From positions 17,174,001 to 17,238,000 of the forward strand of contig NC_073384.1 in assembly GCF_028641065.1 (NCBI RefSeq): a stretch of DNA of 64,000 nucleotides, in the 5' to 3' direction. A program made the position numbers and the translations under genes. Position 1 is the first letter of the stretch, and each line of letters opens with the position of its first letter. Source of the stretch: Leucoraja erinacea (lineage: Eukaryota). Of the stretch, positions 24,261-35,502 are shown piece by piece. Under the pieces are notes generated by a model that saw nothing but the letters and a program-made list of their open reading frames with translations, had not been told where the DNA came from and made no database searches.

Positions 24261-25551
24261 TAGAGCCAGGATTTTGCCATAAATTCCGTTGCCTTGTTAT
24301 GCCTTTTTTGATGATTTCACCAGGATAATGCCTTTTTCACGTGCCTAAATCAACTTTTTTTTGCCGTTTTGCCAAAAGGTTGAGATATTTTCTCTAGTTG
24401 TACCGTGATTACAATTATGTTTTCTATGTTAACACATTAATATTAATGTTTTTTTAACGTGTGAACATAGTATGACTTACAAGAATACTTCCATCACCGT
24501 GCAAAACCAGGGGCGCCACCATTGGTCGTTCATTCGTTCGTGCCGCTGCCCGCTGGTCCAGTCTTCTCCAAGATCTATTTAAGAAAGAACTGCAGATGCT
24601 GGAAAAACGGAAGTAGACGACAAATGCTGGAGAAACAGCGGGTGAGGAAGAATCTATGGAGAGAAGGAATAGGTGGCATTTCGAGTCAAGACCCTTCTTC
24701 AGACTGATGTGGGGGGTGGGGCGGGAAAAGGAAAGGAAGAGGCGAAGACAGTAGGACTAGAAGGAGAGCTGAGAAGGCGGAGGGGGAGGAGGGAGAAGAC
24801 AAGGGCTATCTAAAATTGGAGAAGTCAATGTTGGGGTGTAGGCTACCTAAGCAAAATACCAAAGCTTGTCTCCTCACTACATTTACTGCTGGCTCCAGTC
24901 TCAAATCTGAGTTTTCGAGTGATTTGTGCAGGGCATTCATTAATGATGGAATTCCATTGTGGAAATTGGAAAACAAATCTCTCAGAGGTTTTTTCGAGAA
25001 ATACACAGAGGAACTTATACCAAGCGAGTCATCATTACAAAAAATTATGTTAACAGCAACTTCAACATTGTTGTGCAGAAAATTAGAGATGAAGTTGCAT
25101 GCAACACAATATGGATCTCAATAGATGAGACAACTGATGCTGTGGGGAGATATTTAAGAAGGAACTGCAGATGCCGGAAAATCGAAGGTAGACAAAAATG
25201 CCCGAGAAACTCAATGGGTGAGGCAGCATCTATGGAGTCTGAAGAAGGGTCTCGACACGAAACATCGCCTATTTCCTTCACTCCATAGATGCTGCCTTAG
25301 ATGAGTTTCTCCAGCATATTTGTCTACCTGTGGGGAGATATGTTGCCAATGTGGTCATCGGTACACTGGAGGCAGGTCAACCATCAAAGGAGTATTTGTT
25401 GACATAGGAAGTATTGGAGATGTCAATCAGCTCAACTATTGCTCAGTTGTTTACATCTTCACTTGCTGTACTTTGGGCAGAAGGTATAAAACACAAGAAT
25501 GTTCTTCTGTTTGTGACTGATGCCGCTCTGTACATGAACATCCTGGCTCTA
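24261..25551 (+). mobile_element. Internally deleted hAT-like transposon with CGGBP1-like transposase remnant
   Basis: 12-bp TIRs TAGAGCCAGGAT/ATCCTGGCTCTA and decayed TSD gtgattat/gtcatttt. Remnant peptide FSSDLCRAFINDGIPLWKLEN..FFEKYT..IWISIDETTDAVGRYVANVVIG, interrupted by two Penelope-derived repeats. Confidence 0.75.
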
Positions 25552-25726
25552 GTCATTTTATCAGAGCAGAATTAGGCCATTTGACCCATCAAGGCTACTC
25601 CACCATTCAATCATGGCTGATCTATCTTTTCCTCTCAACCCCAATTCTCCTACCTTCACCATCACGTCTAACACCCGTACTAAGCATGGGTAGAAATCGT
25701 TTTTATAACATGGGGTGGCCACAAAG

Positions 25727-25952
25727 GGAGAGGGCACAGAGGGGAGAGAGAGGGCAGAGAGAGAGGGCGGAGAGAGAGGACAGAGAGAGAGGGCAGAGAG
25801 AGAGAGCGGAGAGAGAGGGCAGAGAGAGAGGGCATAGAGAGAGGGCAGAGAGAGAGGGCAGGGAGAGAGGGCAGAGAGAGAGAGCGGAGAGAGAGGGCAT
25901 AGAGAGAGGGCAGAGAGAGAGGGCAGGGAGAGAGGGCAGATAGGGCAGAGAG
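25727..25952. repeat. Purine-rich tandem repeat (agagagagggc variants)
   Basis: Direct 11-13-nt units; accounts for the RERGQ/SLSAL low-complexity ORFs. Confidence 0.9.
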
Positions 25953-26349
25953 GAACAATCGCACGTTATAATGTGCTGTCGACCCATTTTGCCACCGCTC
26001 AACAACCCTCCTGTCCCCCAACATTGCACCCTTCTTCACGGCAGCCCTGCAGATGTCTCGGTTCTGACAATTAAAGAGACCTACCCGGTAACAACACTAT
26101 GAGCAGCTCTGGGCCGCCGCGTTCCCGACTCGAATCGACTCGACGCCTAACTGACACATGCTCCGTTCTGTGCTGAGCTTGCTGCGGGCCGGATAAAATC
26201 TCACGGTGGGCCATATGTGGCCCACAGGCCATATTTTGGAGACCCCTGATGAACGCATACGTACGTACGCATGATACGGTAATTACAGTTAGCTCTGCCG
26301 TAATTGGGAAGAGTGTAGTGCTAGCTTCCTTCCATGGTGGGTGGGAAGC

Positions 26350-27570
26350 ATGGACGGAAATCCCTGGGTGGACGACAGGGGGGGACATATCCCCTCCATG
26401 TTTTGAGAGGTGGGGGACAATCACCCCCATGTTTTGTGAAACGTATTTTGCAATCAATTCCCATCCGACCGTGCGCTGCGGAGTCGCGGCCGCATGCATG
26501 GTCAGCTGGCTCAGAATCTGAAAACAATTAAATGTTATCCTTTGGTAATGATAAACGCTCATCCATTCCTCATACAATACACCAAATAGATTGCAGCAAA
26601 ACCAAACCCGCCTTGGAATTTTACATTTATAAAAAGCTCTCTGGTTTAATGAGTACTGAAGAATGATTGGAGTCGTTTATCACTTCATTTCTCTGTGACA
26701 AAAACGATGTTTTAACTGTCGTATTAACACTGTTAGTTTGATGTGTCACCAACCAATACATCGATATGCATTCATCAGTAAATGTAATTGTGTTTTGACA
26801 TTCAAGTATTCCTGACGCATTCCTTTGAATAAAATTCACGGGAGAATTTCTTAAAACTGTCTGATGCAGGTATAATTACTATTTGAGCTTTGGATGCAGA
26901 CAATAAATGCTGGAGGAACACAGCGGGTGAGACAGCATCTATGTAGAGAAGGAAAATGGGATGTTTCGGGTCTCGACCCTCCTTCAGACCCTTTATGAAC
27001 TTTTGATGTATTGGTGGATGGGAAAGATTTAAACGGATATTGGAGGATCATTAAGGGACCCGGCGGTCGAGATGGTTTGCAGGTGTAGCCCCCTCATTCA
27101 CACACGTTATTCAGTCATTTTTACCCACAATTTAGGGATGTTATATGAAATTTTTAAAAATTAAGTATGTTTATATTTATTTTTGTTAGTTTATTAAAAG
27201 TTTATTTATGTATGTTTTTGTTAGTTTGTGAAAAGTCTATGTGTGTTGTTTTCTCTCTCTCTCTTCTCTCTCTCTCTTTCTCTCTCCCTCTCTCTCTCTC
27301 TAGGTTAGGTTAGCCGTTTAAATCTTTCAAAAGTTACAACATGATAAATAACACTGAATAAGACTGAAGCAAATAAAGGTAAACAGAAGAACTATCCTTG
27401 GAGGTGAGAGAGAGGGATAACAATGCACGTAAACTTTTCGCAAACTAACAAAAACATAGATAAAGAAACTTTTGATGGGAGGAGATAAAATTGTTAGTTG
27501 TCATGCAAACTTGTCATCGGGCTGCCAAGCAATTGTGTCCCCCCATGTTTTAAAAGCGATTTCCGCCCTT
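26350..27570. mobile_element. Probable old non-autonomous DNA transposon
   Basis: Imperfect TIRs CATGGACGGAAATC / GATTTCCGCCCTTA with subterminal GGGGGACA/TGTCCCCC motifs; no clear TSD. Confidence 0.45.
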
Positions 27571-28349
27571 ACGGGTAAAGAGGCTGGAGAATAGGCCTAG
27601 ATTATGTTTCGACATACTAGAAAACATGGAGGTGGGGGGCACATCTCCCCAGAATTTCCACCCATTATCAATGTACACTCACAATGCTATGAGGGAGAGA
27701 GAGTTCTAGGTTATTGAACCAGCAACGGTGAAGGAACATCGATATGTTTCCAGGTCAATATGATGGGTGGATTGGAAGACAACTTGCTGCAATGTATCCT
27801 GAAGATGCTACAAGCCGCTGCTACTGTGTACCTGTGGTGGAGTGAGTGAATGTTGAGGATGGTTCAATGATTTTTATTCAATGATTCTCCAGCGCCCTCG
27901 AACAGGTCGGCCCACCGACCAAAGTCCCTCTCCTCGCCCGTCCGTCTCTGTGTCTCAAGGAACACTTCCTGCAGCCGACCCCGAAGGTGCTGGAGGCAAT
28001 ATCCTGGCCCCAAATTCCAAAGTAACTTTAAGTGGTTCTCCACTTACCGATGAAATTGCAATAGGAGCATTTTGGCCCTGAGTTTTTCCTGATTCAAAGT
28101 ATGATCTTTTAACCTTCCTAATATAGGCTGGGCTGCAATAGAGTTAAAGGCTTAGATGGGATGGAATGTGTTGAGTGTGTTCAGAATGGTTTCACCACAC
28201 ATAATAGAGGTCTCTGCTATGGAGAGGGCAGAGCTTAACCTCCTCTTGGGAAATAGGGCAGGGCAAGTGACTGAGATGTCAGTGAGGGAGCACATTGGAA
28301 CAATGCCCAGAGGTCTATTAGTTTAGTTTGATTTAGTTTAGAGATACAG

Positions 28350-29388
28350 TAGGTATGTTACAAAACCTACCTGAATCGTGGCTGAGTATCTGCCCTACCC
28401 CGTGTGCGCGATTTTGGCGCTGTTTAGAGGGGGCGGGTTTAAAACGCGATTTTTACTAGGCTGTTGCAATCGAAAATGTTCAGCCTAGTAAATTATTAAC
28501 GGAAAATCGCTGAAAGACCCCGTCGCAAAAGGTATTATTAGTTTTTATGGCCTTGTATAATAGTTATAGTAGTTTAAAAATCACTCTCTCAACCCGCAAC
28601 CTCTCGCAGCCCCAGGGTTTTATAAAGCAAACAATTAAAGGTATGTACCTTATTTTTACATTAAATGGGGCTTCTTAAGAACCCTGTATATAAAGTTTTC
28701 TATAGCGAATAGTTCATTTTGGGCTCTTTATATCCCGCAGTATTTTTCTGGGCATTTGAGGGCACAAATCCTGCGCAATGTGAACGTTCTAAACCAGCGC
28801 GTTCACAGGAACCCACTAGAAAGCTGATTTAAATTGACTTTAATTTACAGCAATTGAACACTAAATTCCTTCCATTTGGCCTATAAATTGATGTAAATTA
28901 GATTTAAAAATCATGTTTTATTGTGAATTATTTGTGAATATTATTTGGACACTTGGGCTATTTAAAAATGTTAATCATTTATTAAGAAATGGATAGATGT
29001 TTAGATCTAGTAATTGATGTTTGAAATTAGCTACAATTGGGTAACTAACTAATTATATGCTTTAATTTCAGGTCATCCAAGTAAGATTATTTTATATTTG
29101 TTTCAGAATGCTTCAATCTATGATAACTGAAAATTTCATTCAGTTCTCTTAATTTTTAAGAAGGTTATGGGCTTTTGACTGTCCACGATCACAGCTTTTT
29201 TGTTATGTCCATAGAAAATCAATAGGGAACAAAATGCTAATTTCCGAGTATGAAAATGGCCATAACCTTTTTATTACTTGAGTAATGAAAGTGAATTAGG
29301 TGTCAAATTAAACTTATTGTTATGCTTTATCTGATGGGATAAATTGCAGACTTGATTTTTTAAATCTCAAAATTTTGTAACATTGCTA
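28350..29388. mobile_element. Non-autonomous DNA transposon inserted into a V-SINE tail
   Basis: TIRs TAGGTATGTTACAAAA / TTTTGTAACATTGCTA (14/16), flanked by the direct repeat gatacag. The interrupted SINE resumes at 29389. Confidence 0.8.
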
Positions 29389-30006
29389 GATACAGCGCAG
29401 AAACAGGCCCTTTGGCCACCAAGTCTGCACATTAACACAAGCCTACACATACTAGAGACAATGTACACATATACCAAGTCTGCAAATCAAAGCCAATTAA
29501 CCTACAAACCTGAACGTCTTTGGAGCATGGGAGGAAACTGAAAATCTCGGAGAATACGCACGTGGTCACGAGGAGGACGTACAACCCTGTGGTCGGGATG
29601 AACCAGGGTTTCCAGTGCTGCAAACGCTCTAAGTCAGCAACTCTACCGCTGCGCCCGATTTTAAAATACTTATGGGAAAGAACAGAACTGGTCCACAATT
29701 TAAATTTTAAATTAGGGAAGGCTAATTTTAACAGTATTAGAAAAGAGCATGCAGAGGTTAATTGGAGTAAGATGTTTGCTGGCAAAGACATCCTTAATCC
29801 ATTACAATTCACCCAGCAACAAAACAGATCCTTGGCAGACACCATCTCCCTGGCCCGACACACATTTGCATTGATATTAGTTTATTATTAATCCGTGTAC
29901 TGAGATACATCGAATTCTCCCAATTTTGTTAGTCCTTGCTGTCTCCTCCCATCCCCCAGCCTTCAGGCTCCTCCTCCTTTTTCCTTTCTTGTCCCCGCCC
30001 CCGATC

Positions 30007-30041
30007 AGTCTGAAGAAGGGTTTCGGCCCGAAACGTTGACC
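30007..30041 (+). ncRNA. Minimal type I hammerhead ribozyme motif in a Penelope-derived repeat (best-preserved copy)
   Basis: CTGAAGA-A-GGGT(TTCG)GCCC-GAAA-CGTT: CUGANGA box, stem II capped by UUCG, GAAA box and palindromic AACGTT stem III. Confidence 0.6.
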
Positions 30042-30309
30042 ATTTCCTTCGCTCCATAGATGTTGCTGCACCCGCTGAGTTTCTCCAGCTTTTTTGTGTA
30101 GCTACAGTGAAAATACGTTGTTTTGTGTGCTATCCATGCAAATCATACCACACATGAGTACAATCACACCAGGCACAAGTACAACAGGGAGTGCAAAAAT
30201 ATCAAGCATACAGAATACAATGTTACAGACACAGAAAGTCCAAATAAAATTGTACAAGGTACCTACCGCAGTGAGTAGGTTGGGAGATCCAGAATAAATT
30301 AATTTTATG

Positions 30310-32195
30310 CTAAGGATGTAGTCCCAAGTTATCTTTGAGTCCTGGCAAAAACCTTGTAAATCTTCTCTGTGCTCTTTTTCAGCTTGATAACATCTTTCCC
30401 ATGACATGTTTCCCAAAATACACTGAATGCAGCCTCACCAACATCTTAAACGTGTATAACATGACCTCCCAACTTCTATACAGGGCTCTAACTGATGAAG
30501 GCCAATGTGCCAAAAGCCTTTTTGACCATCCTATCTACCTGTAATGCCACTTTCAATAACCTATATACCTGTGCTCCTAAATCCCTCTGCTCTACCATTT
30601 ACTGTGTAGATGCTGCCCATGTTCGTGCTCGCAAATGCAACACCTCACATTTCTCTGTATTAAATTCTATCAACAATTGCTCAGCCCACCTACCCAATCA
30701 ACAAGATCCTGCTGCAACTTTTGATAACCATGTTCACTATCTACAATACCACCCACTTTAGTGTCATCTGCAAGCTAGCTAACCATGCTATGCACGTTTT
30801 GGTACAAATTATTGATACAGATGACAAACAGCAATGGGCCCAGCATTAAACCCTGAGGCACACCACCAGTCACAGGCCTCCAGTCTGAAAAAACAACCCT
30901 CCACCATCACCCTCTGCTTCTTTCAATTAAGTCAATTTTCTATCCATTCATCGATATCTCCATGAATCCCATTGGACCTAACTTTCTCGAGCATCCTACC
31001 ATGCGGTACCTTGTCAAATGCCTTACTAAAATACATATATCCAATGTCCGCAGCTCTACCTTCATCAACCTTTTTGGTCACATCCTCAAATAACTCAAAC
31101 AGATTTGAGCGACACAACCTCCCATGGACAAAACCATGTTTATCACTAATCAGCCCCTGTCCATCTAAGTGCATATATATATCGTAACCCCCAGAATACT
31201 CCCTAGTAAATTTCCAACCACAAATGTTAAGCTCACTGCCTGTAGTTTCCAGCCTTTTCCCTGCAGCCCTTCTTCAATAGAGGCACAACATTTGCCTCCC
31301 TGTCTTCCGGCAACTCGTCTGCATTTAACAATGATTCATAAGTCTCTGCAAGGGCTCCTCGTTTCCCTAGGATATAACTGATCAGGCCCGGGAAATTTGT
31401 CTATCTTCATACGCTTTAGGTAACTTCAGCACGTCTGCGACCATAATACTGACTGCTCTCAAGCCACTTCCAGTACTACCCCAAGATCCCCCATTCTCCT
31501 GTCTTTCTCCACGGTAAAAACACTTGTTGAGGACCTTGCCCATCTCCTGTGGCTCCACACAGAATTGACCACTTTGATTCCTGAGGGGTCCCACATTTTC
31601 ACTGGTTACCCTTTTTCCTTTTACGTGCTTTTAATATCTCTTGGGATTATCATTAGTGCTATCTACCAGAGCCATCTCCTGTCCCCTTTTTGCCCTTCTG
31701 ATTTCCCTTTTTAGCTTAGTTCCCGAAACTCCTTCAGGGATACCACTTGATCCCAGTTGCCTATACCTGTCCAATGCCTTTTTCTTAGAACTCTTGACCA
31801 TTACAGAAGTACTCTTGACCATATACCAAAATTGGGGCATCATGATATTTCTGCACAAGTTATTGGTGAGACCACACTTGGAATACTGTGTGCAGTTTCA
31901 GTCGCTAGTTATTGGAAAGATGTCACTACGTTGGAGAAGGTGCAGAAGATTCACCAGGATTTACTGATCCTTGCAGGCCTAAGTTATAAAGTGAAGCTGG
32001 ATTGTCTGCGACCTTTTTCCTTTGGAGCATAGGAAGCTGAAGGGTGATCTTTCTGAAGTATGTAAAATGACACGAGGCATGGATAAAGTGAACACACAGT
32101 TTATTTCCCCATGGTACAGATTGTAAAACTGGAGGACATTGGCTTAAGGTGAGAGGGACGATATTTAAGAGAGACCACAATGCAACATTTCACTC
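30310..32195. mobile_element. Old CR1 fragments in both orientations
   Basis: Minus strand: HGFVHGRLC..FSKAFDKVPH and NPKRY. Plus strand from about 31830: LVRPHLEYCVQF. Confidence 0.75.
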
Positions 32196-33403
32196 AGCCC
32201 TCTCCTATTATCTCAAACATAGCTTCACAGTTTAAGCTGCATGTTTATTAGAAAGCAGCAACATCTATATACAGGCAGTTGAACAATTTGAACAATCAAT
32301 GCAATATTTTAAAGCAGTAAACAATAACTTGCGGAAGTCTATACAACCATTGGAAAGTCTCCATATACTTGATAGTCTTTAAATTCGTATCATACATTGG
32401 TAAGCAACTAACTAGCTGATACATGGCATCCAATCAACCAGCTTCAATGTAGATCTCACTTATTTTCCCTATACTTTTATCAATGGTGTGGAAAGGGATG
32501 TTTTTTCTTGATGCACATATCCCAAAAGTTCTTTATAATAAACATGTCTTGTGTCAAACACAAAGCAAATGGAACCTCTGGCCTTATATCTTTACATGTC
32601 CGACGTGTCTGCCTGTGCAGATATCATCCAATCTTCCTTCAATTAAACAGGACGCCGAGACAATTCAGCTGTGGGACACTTATTTGCTGCCTGTTTAAAG
32701 AAAATTAAACAGAAACCAGTTACACAAAGCAAAATGGTGAAGAATGCATGAGTCTGAAGGGTCATGTGTTCATGTTGTCCAGAGATGCTGCCTGACCCCT
32801 TGTGATAATACAGCACTTTCTGTGCTTCAATGCATGAGTTCAAATCAGTTCCAGTCATTGCCCGAACTGTTCCGATGAGTGTCTAAACACAGGTATGTAT
32901 CTCTGTTCTCGAATAACTTTGAACCCCATGGGATCTTAAAGTCCTGGTCACAGAGCTATATAGCATGGAAACAGGCCCTTAAGCCCACCTTTCCATGTTA
33001 ATCAGGTTATCATTCTGGGCTAATTCCACTTACCTGTATTTGGCCCTCTTGACCCTTCCTATTCAAATATCTGTCCAAATGTTCTTTGAAAGTTGTAATT
33101 GTATCGGATTCTGTAGCTTTCTCAGGCAACTCCTTTGGGAAATGGACTACTGTCTGCATGAAAAAGTTGCCTCTAAAGGTCCCTCAAAAACTTCTCACCT
33201 CTCACCTCGGTGTTACCAGGATTGCAAGGATGTGTGTTCAAAGCCGACTCGGTGATGGGTGTTAATTTACTCTCTGAACCAAACATGTAGTCAGACTGAA
33301 CTCCTGTCGGCCCAACTCCACGCTTGTCATTCCTGTCTGAATCCTCAACCATTCTGCAGCAGTTGACAGATATCACATGGTGCAGATGCGCCATTGTCAA
33401 CAG

Positions 33404-33460
33404 TTACTGGAACGTACCTCGGAGATGACCGTAGACGGACTGAGTGGGTCTTTGCAAATC
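33404..33460 (-). CDS. Gene B exon 5: cytoplasmic exon with ITIM-like motif
   Basis: Acceptor tttctttgttttctgctag|, phase 0, encoding DLQRPTQSVYGHLRGTFQ*. An internal donor GAG|gtacgt (exon end 33418) could instead splice to an acceptor at 32690, ending ..SVYGHLRGSK*. Confidence 0.55.
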   Translation of the reverse strand, partial: DLQRPTQSVYGHLRGTFQ

Positions 33461-35128
33461 CTAGCAGAAAACAAAGAAATGTTGGAAACAGCAGCTTGGC
33501 AACTCGTGCTCATCGAAACGCTTCAACGTCTTAAATGTGACTTTTCTTACCATGTAGATGGCGTTTGGATCTGCCTGGTGATCTCCTGAGTTCTACAACA
33601 CAACACAATCAAATAGTTACTTTGGTCAAAAAGCTGGCTTCAGAATTCACTGCAGTCACCATGGCCACTCGTGTTATTGAAAACTACAAAGTCAGGTGTT
33701 AAGTGCACAGAAGGAAGTGGAGGTTATTGTCAAGTTAAGCAAAAGATTGCAGTCACTGGAAATAATTGACAGAGGATCAGGAAGATGAAAGGAACAGAAT
33801 ACTGGGCACTTCACACAAACCCCATTGGCAGGGGGTGTTGTGCAGCCTGAGAACAGACTTTGTTTCTCCATCTCTGAAACTCCTAGTCAGTCTGTGGTCG
33901 GGCAACTGAAGGGAGAGAGGAAATAAATCGGAGCAGAGGGTCTGAAAGGTTGTAGCAGGATTCCTGGCAGCTCCCTTCATTGTTCAGGAGAGCAAGTACT
34001 GAATATTTTCCGTGCGAAGATGGGAGATGCTGGAACTACACTCATAAGAAAAATATAATGTTTCCGCACACTGCAATCTCTAATCTGGGACACACACTCC
34101 ATGGAAATGGAATCAACAAGCACACACACACACACCACACACACTCCATGTCACGCAGGAGTCAGCAGTTTCAGCGGAGATGAAGTATTAAGAATGATTA
34201 TCATCAAAATCATGGGGACAGATTTTTGAAACATAGAAACATAGAAAATAGGTGCAGGAGTAGGCCATTCGGCCCTTCGAGCCTGCACCACCATTCAATG
34301 TGATCATGGCTGATCATCCAACTCAGTATCCTGTATCTGCCTTCTCTCCATACCCCTTGATCCCTTTAGCCACAGGGGCCACATCTAACTCCCTCTTAAA
34401 TATAGCCAATGAACTGGCCTCAACTACTTTCTGTGGCAGAGAATTCCACAGATTCACCACTCTCTGTGTGAAAAAGGTTTTTCTCATCTCGATCCCAAAA
34501 GACTTCCCCCTTATCCTTAAACTGTGATCCCTTGTTCTGGACTTCCCCAACATCAGGAACAATCTTCCTGCATCTAGCCTGTCCAACCCCTTAAGAATTT
34601 TGTAAGTTTCTATAAGATCCCCCCTCAATCTTCTAGCGAGTACAAAGGATTCTGAAACCCCATTAATCAAGAACCTGCCTTTACTGTGGTTAAACACTGC
34701 AATTAGTTTGAAATGGACATTATCAGACAATTGTTGAAGTAGTTGTGCTAATGGTGGAGCTGATGGCCAAATGTTTGGCCAGAAAGGATGGTTCTGAGCA
34801 GACAAAAGCAGGAGAGATCCAGAGGTTGATCTCCTCTCAGGTTAAACAGCTGAAGCTGAACCTTCAGTGGATTGTTAGACCTGGTAGTGTGTTCTCACAA
34901 GCCTGCTCATGAGCAGTGCATGTCCCACTCTCCATTGATAGATGCACCATATACATTTACAAATCATAAAGACATTGCGATGATGATCAAAACGCTCAAT
35001 GATTAACAAAACACTCAATGATCCACAAAGCCAGTGGAGTAAATAACTGATGGGAAGCTAATAGCACACCATAAGGGAGAGGGATCCCAGCACAGGTCTG
35101 CTTATCACAGAAAACCATCAGAACTCAC

Positions 35129-35197
35129 CGGGACATTTCTTGCCACGGAATTGTTTTCATAATCTGCTCCTGGGGTCTGATCATCATCCACTCCAGA
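35129..35197 (-). CDS. Gene B exon 4: cytoplasmic exon with DYEN motif
   Basis: Strong acceptor ttctctttttcaccgcccag| and donor CCG|gtgagt; 69 nt. One frame reads SGVDDDQTPGADYENNSVARNVP. Its phase conflicts with the TM exon unless the AG 7 nt downstream is used (see findings). Confidence 0.55.
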
Positions 35198-35367
35198 CTG
35201 GGCGGTGAAAAAGAGAACAAGGTCTCACAATTAGCAGCCTCGGAGCTGTGAATCCCACTTTGCTGTCCAATAGCATAATGACGGCTTTTTGACAATCAGA
35301 ACCTGCCATTCCCATTTCACTAACCACACAGCAATCAGTTCAGACTGAATGATTTAGTTACACATAC

Positions 35368-35502
35368 AGGATTGGTGGCTTCCCGAAGCTCTGCATCTGA
35401 TGAGGCAAATGGCTTCAGTAACAGCAAGAACTCCCAGCACCAAAGACAGAATCATCCAGGGAAGGCACGTCATCACAACTTGATTCTCCTTTGTTTGAGA
35501 AA
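35368..35502 (-). CDS. Gene B exon 3: short stalk + transmembrane segment
   Basis: Acceptor tttctttgcag|TT and donor CCT|gtatgt; 135 nt, phase 1-1. Encodes (I)SQTKENQVVMTCLPWMILSLVLGVLAVTEAICLIRCRASGSHQS: hydrophobic stretch followed by a basic stop-transfer sequence. Confidence 0.75.
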
